A DNA stretch of 64,000 nucleotides from Candidatus Methanoxibalbensis ujae. Lineage in GTDB: Archaea > Halobacteriota > Syntropharchaeia > Alkanophagales > Methanospirareceae. Each line of letters starts with the position of its first letter. Within the stretch, counting starts at the first letter, position 1. The position numbers were made by a program, and so were the translations under genes. Below the pieces are notes generated by a model that saw only the letters and a program-made list of their open reading frames with translations, searched no databases and was not told the origin of the DNA. Shown piece after piece: positions 40,497 through 51,213 of this stretch. The stretch is taken from contig JAOQIN010000005.1 in NCBI GenBank assembly GCA_026134085.1, positions 9,489-73,488 of the forward strand. Direction: 5' to 3'.

Positions 40497-41324
40497 ATGT
40501 TCGCAGAGCTTGCGTTGAGGATGAAAAGGGAGAAAATCTTCATTCTTTCTCTGTTTTTAGGCATTTTCCTCATTGCATTCGTCTGTATCACGCTCGGAAA
40601 TATGTTTTACACTCAAGCAATGGACATTTCAGCGTTAATTGAAGCAGCTAAGGATGTGGATGTGCTTGAAGCGATATGGATAAGCATTTCAGCTGCTTTC
40701 ATTGCTACGCTAATTGCATTCATCTTTGGAACTCCTCTCGCATACTTCCTCGCGAGGAAGGAATTTTTCGGTAAAAGCATCATTGAGGGTGTTGTGGATG
40801 TCCCGCTTATGATTCCGCACATTGTTGCTGGAATTGCAATTTACGGTGTGTTCATGCGTCACGGCATCATAGGAGCTCCTCTCAATCGCATAGGCATTGT
40901 GTTTCAGGATGCTTTCGCCGGCATTGTTGTCGCGATGTTGTTTGTGTCATTTCCGTTTTTTGTGAACGCTGCTAAGGAGGGTTTCAAGGATGTTGACTCT
41001 CGTTTTGAGAGGGTCGCTCGCTCACTCGGTGCATCTCAGTTCAGGACATTCTTTGAGGTGACATTCCCGCTCGCATCTCGCTCAATTCTAAGCGGTGCGA
41101 TAATGTGCTGGGGTCGTGCTATAAGCGAGTTCTCTGCCGTGCTTATCATCGCATCCTTCCCGAGAAGCGCACCTGTTCTGATTTACGAGCGTTTCACCTC
41201 ATTCGGTTTGAGATATGCAGTGCCTGTTTCTGTTTTATTGATCTCAATCTGTCTTCTCATTTTCATCATTTTACGAATACTCAGCACGAAAAAACTGAAA
41301 AAAACGGAAATATGTGAAGAATGA
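40497..41324 (+). CDS. wtpB: Tungstate/molybdate ABC transporter permease
   Basis: GTPLAYFLAR, DVPLMIPHIVAG, ARSLGAS, WGRAISEF. Confidence 0.9.
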   Translation: MFAELALRMKREKIFILSLFLGIFLIAFVCITLGNMFYTQAMDISALIEAAKDVDVLEAIWISISAAFIATLIAFIFGTPLAYFLARKEFFGKSIIEGVVDVPLMIPHIVAGIAIYGVFMRHGIIGAPLNRIGIVFQDAFAGIVVAMLFVSFPFFVNAAKEGFKDVDSRFERVARSLGASQFRTFFEVTFPLASRSILSGAIMCWGRAISEFSAVLIIASFPRSAPVLIYERFTSFGLRYAVPVSVLLISICLLIFIILRILSTKKLKKTEICEE

Positions 41325-41330
41325 GGGAAA

Positions 41331-42536
41331 ATGATTGAGCTGAAAGGAGTCAGCAAGCGCTGGAAGAATTTCAGAATAAAAAATGTTGACTTGAGTGTGA
41401 AGGAAGGAGAATATTTTGTAATTTTAGGTCCTTCCGGCGCAGGAAAGACGCTGTTACTTGAATTAATTGCGGGCTTTCACTTCCCCGATGAAGGGAGGAT
41501 TTTCATAGATGGCAGGGATATGACATTTTCCCCTCCTGAGGAGAGGGGTATAGGATTCATTTATCAGGACTACATGCTTTTCCCGCATCTCACTGTTGAG
41601 GGGAACATTGCATTCGGTTTGAGGGCTAAGTTTCGGTGCTGGAGGTGGCGGCGTCAGCGATGTGAGAGGCTGAACGAGAGGGTGAGGGAAGTGCTTCAAC
41701 TGCTCGGAATAGAGCATTTGAGATGGCGATACCCCGAGACGCTCAGCGGTGGTGAGAGGCAGAAGGTTGCGATAGCCCGTGCGCTTGCGATTGAGCCAAA
41801 GATATTGCTTCTTGATGAGCCGCTTTCTGCCCTTGACATGCCAACGAGAGACAGATTGAGGGATGATTTGAAGATTCTGAACAGGAAAAAATGCATCACG
41901 ATGATTCATGTAACGCACGACAGGACGGAGGCTGCAATGCTTTCAGACAGAATAGCGGTGATGATGCGGGGCGAAATAGTGCAGGTGGGAACTCCCCGTG
42001 AAATTTTCAGCAAACCTGCGAATGCAGAGATCGCGGAATTTGTGGGTATTGAGAACATTTTGAGAGGAACAATCGTGAATAACAGAGGAGGAATCGCGGA
42101 AATAGAGGTATCGCCAGCATCGCCCGAAAATGCAGCAACAGCAGAAGAAGCCACAGAAGCAAAACTTCATATTTTCGCACCCTCAAAATATGACAGTGGC
42201 ACTGCTGTAAATCTGTTCATCCGCCCCGAGGATATCGTTCTTCTGAAATCAGTTCATGGAAAGATTGAATGCGCGGGCGAGTTAAGCGCACGCAATGTAA
42301 TTCGCAGCGAGATCGCGAGTATAACGCCTGCGGGTTCTGGCATTTTCAGTGTCAGGCTGCGGAACGGTCTCGTAGCACTTTTAACTGCGAATGCTTTTGA
42401 GGAGCTGGGGCTCAAAGAGGGTGACGAGGTCTTCGCCATTTTTAAGGCTACCGCCGTGCACACAGTGACCTCAGTCCAAGCCCGTGAAGCCAAAACGCTC
42501 CCACAGAATCACCCTTGGGACAGGGGTGTCCTTTAG
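41331..42536 (+). CDS. wtpC: Tungstate/molybdate ABC transporter ATPase with TOBE domain
   Basis: GPSGAGKT, LSGGE, LLLDEP, HD; C-terminal ELGLKEGDEVFAIFKA. Confidence 0.9.
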   Translation: MIELKGVSKRWKNFRIKNVDLSVKEGEYFVILGPSGAGKTLLLELIAGFHFPDEGRIFIDGRDMTFSPPEERGIGFIYQDYMLFPHLTVEGNIAFGLRAKFRCWRWRRQRCERLNERVREVLQLLGIEHLRWRYPETLSGGERQKVAIARALAIEPKILLLDEPLSALDMPTRDRLRDDLKILNRKKCITMIHVTHDRTEAAMLSDRIAVMMRGEIVQVGTPREIFSKPANAEIAEFVGIENILRGTIVNNRGGIAEIEVSPASPENAATAEEATEAKLHIFAPSKYDSGTAVNLFIRPEDIVLLKSVHGKIECAGELSARNVIRSEIASITPAGSGIFSVRLRNGLVALLTANAFEELGLKEGDEVFAIFKATAVHTVTSVQAREAKTLPQNHPWDRGVL

Positions 42537-42613
42537 CATCACCTCCCCCTTCCACATCTGACATCTGATGATTAGCTGTAAAACAAAAGACAAAAACTAT
42601 AAAAGAGAGGTGT

Positions 42614-42687
42614 GGGGTCGTGGGGTAGCATGGACATCCTATCGGGCTCCGGACCCGATGACCTGGGTTCAAATCCCAGCGACTCCG
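42614..42687 (+). tRNA. tRNA-Arg(CCG)
   Basis: Acceptor GGGGTCG/CGACTCC, anticodon arm TCGGG-CTCCGGA-CCCGA, T arm CTGGG-TTCAAAT-CCCAG. Confidence 0.94.
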
Positions 42688-42927
42688 CTTTTCAACTTTT
42701 GATCGGCGGGAACATCCGAAGGATCGTATGTCTGCAGAGCATTGCCCGTGGCCGCCCGGACATCGCCTGCCCGGATGTATGGGTATGTATGGGTATGAAG
42801 CGGAAAGCATGGGTATGAAGCGGAAAGCTGCGTGGGAATCGGGGAATGCGTGTCGCATCAGGCGCGGAGAGGAGGGGAGAAGTGCTATGATGAAAATATA
42901 ATAGGAGATAGGGTATATGACAATGAG

Positions 42928-43110
42928 ATGAAGCGTGAACTGATGGATATCCTGTGTTGCCCCAAATGCAAGGGAGATCTGGAACTGAGTGTGTTTGAGA
43001 GAAGCGACGACGAGATCATCTCAGGCGACTTGTATTGCAGGAACTGCGACATACATTTCCCCATTGAAGACGGCATACCGAACATGCTTTTGCCGGAGAT
43101 GCGAGAGTGA
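42928..43110 (+). CDS. trm112: Trm112-family methyltransferase activator
   Basis: MKRELMDILCCPKCKGDL...LYCRNC..FPIEDGIPNML. Confidence 0.9.
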   Translation: MKRELMDILCCPKCKGDLELSVFERSDDEIISGDLYCRNCDIHFPIEDGIPNMLLPEMRE

Positions 43111-43242
43111 CCTCCTTCATACATCTGTGCTACTCTTTTGGCATTTCATCACTTTCCTCTCACATTCACATTATACATTATCTCCCACATTATCTCTCAC
43201 ATTATCGTTCGGCAGCGTGCTTCCTTGGCAGCGGACAGTCCA

Positions 43243-44568
43243 TCATTTCATGAATTCCCGCATGACAACAGTCGCATATGAGGCTTTTGGCAGGAAAAAC
43301 TTGAATCTCACTTTTTTGTCACCATATAGCTCGTCATCACCGATATCCACGCGCTCAATGTTCACATGCACGGCAATACTGCGGAAATGTCCTTCTGAGC
43401 GAAGTTCAGGAATTTTCTCAACGAGGAAATCAGATGTTGAGATTTTCTCTGCATTCAGCACCTCACGCTCTATTTCGCCTTGAATTCCTCCTGAAAGCAC
43501 GCTCTCATGTCCGAAAAGCGGTGCGACGACAAATGCCCTTCGCCTCTTCAGAAGCATGTTTATCATTCCCTCATTGTCAGCGGTGACACGCTCAACCTTC
43601 TCACCGTTGAGAGAGGGCAGCCCATATCTGTCTGTGAAGCAGACGAACTCACCGATTTCAGCTGAATTAAGCGGAATTCCACGCTCAATTCGCTTGCTCA
43701 ACACGAGATTGAAAAGATATGCCTGATATGCATGCACAAACATCTTTCGCAAATGAAGAGGCAGCACCCTGATCGCAGCGATAAAATCATCATCAGTGCA
43801 GTCCTCAGGCTGTGTGCAGCCTCGCTTTATGAGAACATCAAGCATAGCACGCTCGTATTTAAGCGACAGGGGCATCGCATTCAGCGCCGATTTGAAGTCC
43901 TCAGATGCAGTTCTGCGAGCCTCCTTCGCCGCATCGCTTTCCCCCTCAAATATGTCAGTGAGATAGCACATCACCGCGTCCCTCACATTCCCCCGCAATA
44001 TGTGCTTGCCCACGATGTGCGTCAGCGGTCTCACCGCACCGAACCTTTGAACTCCGAAAAAATTAGGAAAACCTCCTATCTCCCCAATCTCATCATATAT
44101 GCGGTCAATCCTTCTCCTTATCTCATCAGCAGGCAATGAGACATCCCTCACCACAATGTCAAAATCGTTGCCTATGAGGTCGCCGAGATACACATGGCGC
44201 CTCGCCCTGCCAAGAACACGAATATCAACATCCTTAATGCGTATCCGACGGATATCCTCCTCATAAACCCCTTTTATGCTCATCTTCTGCGTGGTCACTG
44301 CAAACTTATCCTTCGTGCCTGCGAATGATATGCGATGCTTGCTTATTCTCAGTTTTTTTGCGATGTTTTTCACCAGAATATGCGTGTCCCAGTTCACTTT
44401 TCTCACTTCTACAATGATGTAATCTCCTTTTTCTCCTGTCTCAATCTCAGAAATCTCATTTACGACGAAGTCCTCCGCTCTGACTTTGAGCCTGCCTCCA
44501 ATTCCATCGCCATCAGTCGCATAAATCAGGATGCCGATCTCTCTATCCCCTTTCGGACTTCTTCTCAT
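43243..44568 (-). CDS. truD: tRNA pseudouridine(13) synthase
   Basis: EDFVVNE, FAGTKDKFAVTTQ, PNFFGVQRFG, HAYQAYLFN, FFLPKASYAT. Confidence 0.95.
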   Translation of the reverse strand: MRRSPKGDREIGILIYATDGDGIGGRLKVRAEDFVVNEISEIETGEKGDYIIVEVRKVNWDTHILVKNIAKKLRISKHRISFAGTKDKFAVTTQKMSIKGVYEEDIRRIRIKDVDIRVLGRARRHVYLGDLIGNDFDIVVRDVSLPADEIRRRIDRIYDEIGEIGGFPNFFGVQRFGAVRPLTHIVGKHILRGNVRDAVMCYLTDIFEGESDAAKEARRTASEDFKSALNAMPLSLKYERAMLDVLIKRGCTQPEDCTDDDFIAAIRVLPLHLRKMFVHAYQAYLFNLVLSKRIERGIPLNSAEIGEFVCFTDRYGLPSLNGEKVERVTADNEGMINMLLKRRRAFVVAPLFGHESVLSGGIQGEIEREVLNAEKISTSDFLVEKIPELRSEGHFRSIAVHVNIERVDIGDDELYGDKKVRFKFFLPKASYATVVMREFMK

Positions 44569-44665
44569 CCTCCACCCACACGCTCCTCACAAATCCTCAG
44601 AGGCGATTGACGGATAGGCCAATTCTCACACTTAATTCTCACACGCCCCAACGAGTCCCTTCATC

Positions 44666-45691
44666 TCAGCCTCCATCATCCCCCCGTCTGCTGTTTCTCA
44701 TCTCCAAAAACTTGATCTGACGCACAATAGTCTCATTGACAGGTGTTGGGATGCCATGTCTCTTTCCAAGACGAACAAAAACTCCATTTATGAAGTCAAT
44801 CTCAGTCTTTCTGCCTCTTTCTATGTCTCTCAGCATTGATGGTATGTGTGATGCTGTTTTTGGTATCTGAACATCACGCAGGAATCTCACATATTCCTCC
44901 GGCTTTTTCCAGAAAAGAGCAATGTTTTCCGCTTCAGCGACTGCGAAAGCTTCTTTTACGATGTCTTCAATGATTAACAATGCGTTTTGCTGCCCTTCTG
45001 AGACGAGTTCACCGTATGGAACACCGAATATCGTGCTTAAAGGATTGAGCGCGGCGTTGTATAATGCTTTTGCCCATATGTGCGATTGGATGTTCCGCAC
45101 AGCCTCTGAGGGGATTGATGCACTGTTGAGTGTATGAACAATTTTCGAGATCAAAGGGGTTATTTCTCCGTTCAGCATGCCTATTTTCGTTTTGTCTGCT
45201 GTCACCGTGACTTTGACCTCAACATCTCCGCCAGCATCAATTTCAAAGCCTGTGATGACCATTCCCCCTATTGCTCGCTTCTCGCCGACGAATTTCGCAA
45301 TCGTCTGAACATTTCCAATGCCGTTCTGAAAGCTCAAAACAGAAGTTGAGGGAGAACGGGCGAGAAGAGGCATAAGGTCCCTCATCGCATTCTCGGTGTC
45401 GTAGGCTTTAGTCGTGAGAAGAACAACATCGGGATAGCCTGAAGCGCCGTCCGCATGATCATCGTTGCGTTTCCTCCCAACAATATGCTCAATCGCATCT
45501 TCAACAGAAGACACCGCCGCACTCACCCTGACATGATGCCTCCCCCAAATACCGGAGATCAGCAGCCCTCGCTCACGAATAGGCTTCATCAATCGCTCCC
45601 TTCCCACAAGAATCACATCATTATGAGATGCCGCAAGCATGCCTCCAAACGCACAGCCGAGAGCACCCGCTCCCATGACAAGAAATCGCAT
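44666..45691 (-). CDS. panE: 2-dehydropantoate 2-reductase
   Basis: GAGALG, TTKAYD, QNGIG, WAK..N...N, SMLRD..GRKTEIDFING. Confidence 0.9.
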   Translation of the reverse strand: MRFLVMGAGALGCAFGGMLAASHNDVILVGRERLMKPIRERGLLISGIWGRHHVRVSAAVSSVEDAIEHIVGRKRNDDHADGASGYPDVVLLTTKAYDTENAMRDLMPLLARSPSTSVLSFQNGIGNVQTIAKFVGEKRAIGGMVITGFEIDAGGDVEVKVTVTADKTKIGMLNGEITPLISKIVHTLNSASIPSEAVRNIQSHIWAKALYNAALNPLSTIFGVPYGELVSEGQQNALLIIEDIVKEAFAVAEAENIALFWKKPEEYVRFLRDVQIPKTASHIPSMLRDIERGRKTEIDFINGVFVRLGKRHGIPTPVNETIVRQIKFLEMRNSRRGDDGG

Positions 45692-45846
45692 GATCTATCA
45701 CCGTCGCCTCACACATACATCATTATATCATATCACATCACCCCACCCCACCTCACACACTCACACACTCACATCACATCACACACATCACACACATCAT
45801 CACACCACACACATCACCACACGATCACAACGCATCATCAATTGCA

Positions 45847-46872
45847 TCATCGCATGATGACAGGAGGAGCTATCTTCTCATTTACAAGCCTTGTGTTCTC
45901 AAGATAAGAAAATGCACCCACAACAGATTGCTCTATCTTCCCACATTTCACAACGCACTTCTCAGCTATAATGCTGACTTTTATCACAGATTCTCTTATC
46001 CTTGCATAATTAAAGATGACAGAGTCATGAATTTTGCAATTTTTCACATGAACATTATCACCAATAGAGACAAATCCATGTATTTCTGAGTTTTCAATGA
46101 TTGAATCGTTGCCGATGACTACAAACCCATCAATTTCACTGCGTTTAACACTGCTGTCTGTATTGTCGCATTTCATATCAGATTTCATCCTCTGAAGGAT
46201 CCACTCATGAGCCTTCCGATAGCCTTCAAAAGTGCCAATATCCGTCCAGAATCCATCAACTACGCAGCCGTAAAGCTCTTCCTGCTCCAGAATAATGGGG
46301 AAAAGGTCCTTTGCGAAGTCAAAGGGCTTCCCTTCAGGCACATATTCAAGCGCTTCTGGCTCTATCACATATAAACCGATGCTCGCGAGGTCTGAGAAGT
46401 ACTTCACCGGTTTCTCAACAAATCGCAGTATCCTGCCGCATTCATCCACTTCAGCGACGCCAAACTGCGACGGATTTTCGACATGCATCAGCGCGATCGT
46501 CACAAGTCCTCCATGTGATCTGTGAAATGATATAATTTTTTTCACATCTATATCTGTGATGTTGTCACCCTGAATGATGAAAGCGGTATCATTCAGTGAG
46601 CTGTTTTTAACTGAGCCAGCAGTTCCGAGCGGATGTGGCTCTTCAGGGAAGTAAAAATGAATGTTCCTGTAATTCTCGCTCAAATATGACTTCAAACGCT
46701 CCTGCTGATAGTTTGTTGTGACGATAATATCGCTGAATCCGTGACGGGTCAGATATTCAACAATGTGTCCAATCGCCGGTTTGTTCACGATGGGAATGAG
46801 TGGCTTTGGCGTCGTCAGCGTAAGCGGTCGCAGTCTTGTCCCAAGACCCCCCGCAAGAATTACCGCTTTCAT
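45847..46872 (-). CDS. NDP-sugar pyrophosphorylase (mannose-1-phosphate guanylyltransferase-like) with left-handed beta helix
   Basis: MKAVILAGGLGTRLRPLT..PKPL, PLGTAG, GD, EKP, WTDIG. Confidence 0.9.
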   Translation of the reverse strand: MKAVILAGGLGTRLRPLTLTTPKPLIPIVNKPAIGHIVEYLTRHGFSDIIVTTNYQQERLKSYLSENYRNIHFYFPEEPHPLGTAGSVKNSSLNDTAFIIQGDNITDIDVKKIISFHRSHGGLVTIALMHVENPSQFGVAEVDECGRILRFVEKPVKYFSDLASIGLYVIEPEALEYVPEGKPFDFAKDLFPIILEQEELYGCVVDGFWTDIGTFEGYRKAHEWILQRMKSDMKCDNTDSSVKRSEIDGFVVIGNDSIIENSEIHGFVSIGDNVHVKNCKIHDSVIFNYARIRESVIKVSIIAEKCVVKCGKIEQSVVGAFSYLENTRLVNEKIAPPVIMR

Positions 46873-46944
46873 AATATGAAAGTTTTTCCTGCTACTAAAA
46901 AAGCCGTGCACAAAAAACTTGGAAAGCATGCTGATACCCATGCG

Positions 46945-47160
46945 GTCATTCATTTACCCCGTGGCAGGGCTTCCTGATTCAGAGGGAAGTGACATCAATC
47001 ACCAATGTGGAGGTCCAATCCCATCACCAATCGTTTCCGCCTCCCAGGACTTAAGGATCTGTTGCCTCATATGCCTATCTGACGGTGCCACCCGCCTCCA
47101 GTCTCAAAACAGAATTTCCGACTATCCGCCTTTCAAGGGCTTGAGTTCCCCGTTTTTCAT
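46945..47160 (-). mobile_element. Degenerate IS200/IS605 right-end-like sequence
   Basis: Minus strand GGATTGGACCTCCAC...CTGAATCAGGAAGCCCTGCCACGGGGTA and GCCCTTGAAAGGCGGATAGTC resemble IS605 3' ends. Confidence 0.35.
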
Positions 47161-47887
47161 GCGTTCTGCGCCAAGTCACCTGATGTCGGAGATGCCGTGT
47201 GAGTATGACTTCATTCACAAATGTTTCATCTCATCCCTCAACATGTTGCGATTGTGTTGCTCTCAATGCATAAGGAGTGTGGTCGTATCCTCTCGTTTCC
47301 TGTGCTTTCAACACCATCCTCTGAATGCATAAAGGTTCAGTATACCTTTCTCAACAACAGTGCGCTGTGAATGGACACTTTCTCCATCCTCCTGTGTTCA
47401 ACAAAGGGCTGTTCCATTGTATTGTCGTTAAGATGCGACCTTTAAGATGCGACCTGTTCACCAATCGCGGAGAGCGATTTTTCTGCACACTCTCAGCGCT
47501 GAAACAAGCAGTGAGTGGTATGATGTCGTGTGGTTGAAGTTAAGGGTTTTGAATTATCATCATCTTGGATTTTGCCATTTTTAAGCGGTTGTTTCCGTTG
47601 ATGTATTTTCAGTCAGTTAAGTGCAATGGGGATTATTAAGGTGATTCCGTGAATCTTCTGCTTTATATTTCGCACTTTCCTGCGATACTTTCCCGCGACA
47701 CTTCACAGCAAAGATAAGATGATAGTGAAGATAACAGACTGAATGGGTACATGAGCACTTCCCTCAAGTTAGTATATAGTTATAAGTTTTATAATAAAAT
47801 TATTAAATTTTTATCAAATGCATATATTTTTATTTTATCCGCCAATTCTTTGTTCTTACTCACCTCTTGCGGGTAAACCTGTAGATT

Positions 47888-47961
47888 TCCGATAATTCTG
47901 CGGGTATGCGAAGTGCCGCAGGCATTTGAGTGAGCGAGGCGAACCGCCTCCTGTTGTCCGA
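47888..47961. other. Degenerate attC-like palindromic element
   Basis: Outer imperfect inverted repeat TCCGATAA / GTTGTCCGA; inner GCGG/CCGC and AAGTGCC-GCA-GGCATTT. Confidence 0.4.
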
Positions 47962-48714
47962 GTGCGAAAGCACCGGAGCGGAGAGCTCGGCTCGGCGGCA
48001 TTCTTCCTATATCTCTTCTTTCTTTTAACACTCATTTTTTCAATATCAACCTACTGCATGCACTTATTGCGCCGCCGAATTTTGGAGTCCCTCTCATCTC
48101 ATGGATACCTCCAAGCCTTTCTCCATCCAGGCTTTTCTGAGAATATGAAATCTCAATACCTCCCATCGTTCCATCCCCATCTCATCTATCTTGGAGGAAG
48201 AGGAGCGGGAAACAAATGTTCGCCAAAGTTTCCTATGATTTCTGTTCTGAATGTAAGCTGATTATGGAGGTCTTGTGTTGGTATAACCGCAATCGTTAGC
48301 GGTATAGAATTGAACGATGGTGATGAAAAAGATGACAGGATTTATCGCATAGCTGATAGCCGAGCCCATAGAGCACAGTTTTCAAAATCTTATTTCAAGA
48401 AGATTCGTCATAAATTCTACCGCATAATTCTGTTCTTTCTCACATTTACCAACTCACATTTACCAAGATTCCAAAATGGAATCCTCCTCATCAAAAAGGC
48501 TTCTAAGCGTAATGAAGTTATAGAAATTCAAAAAGACTAAAGAAGGCATTTTGAAAAGTATGGCTTCCCGTGCTCGTGTGTGTTGTGATTATTTGCTGTT
48601 TTGCTGTGATTGTGAGATGTGATTGCTGTGATTGCGAGGTGCGATTGCTGTGATTGCGAAGTGAGAGAATGAAGAGTGCGACGCAGGACAAAGGAGTCAT
48701 TGTGCATTTGTGTG

Positions 48715-51018
48715 CTATTGTGCGCCAAACGCATTTCTCCAGGCTTCTCTGAGCGCATTTATTGATATATTGACTTCATTTTCTCCGTCATATATAACCA
48801 GGCTTTTGTCTCTTTTCAACTCTCCTATTCGCCTCACGAACACGCCTCTTCTCGTCATTTCATGCACAAAATCATCCTCTTTTGAGCGTTTTACCTCAAC
48901 AATCCACCGTGAGTTCGTCTCTGAAAAAAGTTTTATGTCGCTTCTCAACTCTCCGAGTGCACCAAGGTCAATCTCAGCGCCGAGATCGCCGCCTGAGATC
49001 ATCTCACACACAGCAACTGCCAGACCGCCCTCCGAGATATCATGGCATGATACAACAAAACCCTCACGCATCACATCCAAAAGCGCATCCATTCGCTTCC
49101 TCAGCTCTCTGGGAGATGTCCGCGGCACTATTCCTCCCTCCACACCTATCAACCTGAAATAAGCACTTCCACCGAGCTCATTTTTTGTGTTTCCTATTAT
49201 ATAGAGAGGATTTGAAGGCATTTTTGCATCAACAGTTATGCAATAACGCACATCATCGCATATTCCAATGCCAATAATTGATGGTGTTGGCGGTATTGGC
49301 TCTCCCGTTGCCTCATTTTCATTGTAAAAGCTGACATTTCCGCTCACAAAAGGTGTTCCGAGCGCTGAGGACATGAATCCAAGCGCACGACAGCACTCAT
49401 AAAAGTCACCCATCACATAATCCCTCTCAGGACTGCCGAAGTTGAGACAATCTGCGAAAGCGTGAGGTCTTGCTCCAACCGCAACGATGTTTCTGCATGC
49501 CTCATCAACCGCTGATGCAGCACCCCAGAAAGGGTTCAGACGTGTGTATGAAGGATTCACATCTGCAGTAAGCGCAATTCCCCTGAAAGAATTCTCAAGA
49601 GGCTTCAGAACAACTGCATCTGAATGTGTTTCACAACCTATTATCCCATGAATCGGTTTTATAACAGTTGAAGCACGCACATCAAAATCATATCTTCGCA
49701 CAACATATTCTTTTGATGCGATGTTATGCATCTTAAGCATGCTCAAAATGATTTCTTCATATGAATGAGGTGCATGAAATTCAACTTCTTTTTCCTTAAT
49801 GGTGCGTGTCTTGCGCTTTCTCTCGTATATGGGGGTGTTTGTGATGAAAGCGAGTTCAAGTTCGTATATGAGCCTTTCGTTGTAGAAAACTCTTATTTTT
49901 TCGTTGCCATTTGTTTTTCCTGTTTCACCTATCACAGATGCGTCAATGTCCCAGTTTTCAAATATTTCAATAAGCTCAGCCACATTTTCGCGGGCTGTGC
50001 ATATGAGAAATCGCTCCTGAGACTCTGATATCCATATTTCCCATGGAAGCATTCCCTCCTCTTTAAGCGTAACGCGCTCCAGATGGATATCCGCACTGCA
50101 TTTTCCGGCGGCACACATCTCAATGACAGCGCATGAGAGACCACCGCCACCGAGGTCCTTCATTCCTCCTATGAATTCACGGGCTTCAAGGATTGCGTGG
50201 ATCAGAGGCTCCTTCCTTATCGGGTCTCCGAGCTGCACAGCGCTCCTGAACTCCTCTTCAGCGCCGAGTTTTGCAGATGCGAATGTGACGCCGTGAATGC
50301 CATCTCTTCCCGTGGGACCGCCAACGAGGACGAGAACCTCATCAGGATATGCGATGCTGTGTATGATATCGCTTTTTTTCATGATGCCCACGCATCCCAC
50401 ATTGACAATGCAGTTCCCTATGAAACCCTCATCAAAGAAAACCATGCCCGCGCATGTCGGGATGCCTATGCGGTTCCCGTAATCGCTTATCCCCGCGATG
50501 ACACCTTCAAAGAGATAGCGAGGATGCTTTACGCCTTTTGGAAGATTCTCGTGCGGATATTCAAGCGGACCGAAAAAAAGAGGATCAATCAGCGCGATGG
50601 GCTGCGCACCCATGCACACAACATCCCTCACAACGCCCCCTATCCCCGTTGCAGCACCTCCATATGGCTCTATCGCAGACGGATGATTGTGTGATTCAAA
50701 AGCCACAACATACGCATGCTCGTCGTCAAATTCAACAACTCCTGCATCCTCATCAACACATATGCTCGCTTCAGATGATGTGCTCAAAATGAACTTCTGC
50801 AGTATTCTCCTTGAGCTCTTGTAGCAGCAGTGCTCAGACCACGCCTGCGCAATGCTCTGCAGCTCTATGTCTGTGGGATCTCTGCCCCGCTCCCTGAAAT
50901 ATCGCTTTATCCTTCTCATCTCCTCCAAACTGAGCGAAAGATGCAGATGCTCGCTAAGCTGCATAAGCTCATCATCACTCGCATCCCTCAGCCTGATGTG
51001 CTGCACCACATCATTCAT
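48715..51018 (-). CDS. purL: Phosphoribosylformylglycinamidine synthase subunit PurL
   Basis: WSEHCCYKSS, ESHNHPS, GAATGIGG, TGRDGIHG, SESQER, LNFGSPE, SGNVSFYNE. Confidence 0.97.
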   Translation of the reverse strand: MNDVVQHIRLRDASDDELMQLSEHLHLSLSLEEMRRIKRYFRERGRDPTDIELQSIAQAWSEHCCYKSSRRILQKFILSTSSEASICVDEDAGVVEFDDEHAYVVAFESHNHPSAIEPYGGAATGIGGVVRDVVCMGAQPIALIDPLFFGPLEYPHENLPKGVKHPRYLFEGVIAGISDYGNRIGIPTCAGMVFFDEGFIGNCIVNVGCVGIMKKSDIIHSIAYPDEVLVLVGGPTGRDGIHGVTFASAKLGAEEEFRSAVQLGDPIRKEPLIHAILEAREFIGGMKDLGGGGLSCAVIEMCAAGKCSADIHLERVTLKEEGMLPWEIWISESQERFLICTARENVAELIEIFENWDIDASVIGETGKTNGNEKIRVFYNERLIYELELAFITNTPIYERKRKTRTIKEKEVEFHAPHSYEEIILSMLKMHNIASKEYVVRRYDFDVRASTVIKPIHGIIGCETHSDAVVLKPLENSFRGIALTADVNPSYTRLNPFWGAASAVDEACRNIVAVGARPHAFADCLNFGSPERDYVMGDFYECCRALGFMSSALGTPFVSGNVSFYNENEATGEPIPPTPSIIGIGICDDVRYCITVDAKMPSNPLYIIGNTKNELGGSAYFRLIGVEGGIVPRTSPRELRKRMDALLDVMREGFVVSCHDISEGGLAVAVCEMISGGDLGAEIDLGALGELRSDIKLFSETNSRWIVEVKRSKEDDFVHEMTRRGVFVRRIGELKRDKSLVIYDGENEVNISINALREAWRNAFGAQ

Positions 51019-51213
51019 AAGCCCTGGCGGCAGGAGACCTCCGATCGGATCGATTGAGGAGGAATGCCGCCTTCCTCACCTCCGTTAATTAAGCTTGAGT
51101 GACAATTTAAGATAGAGCTAGGGCACTCCCCACAGGCCAGTCTCTGCTTCGGGCATTTGAACAGCTTCCCGGCTGTTCTTTCACATCGAGACTTCGCTTT
51201 CACATCTTCGCCT

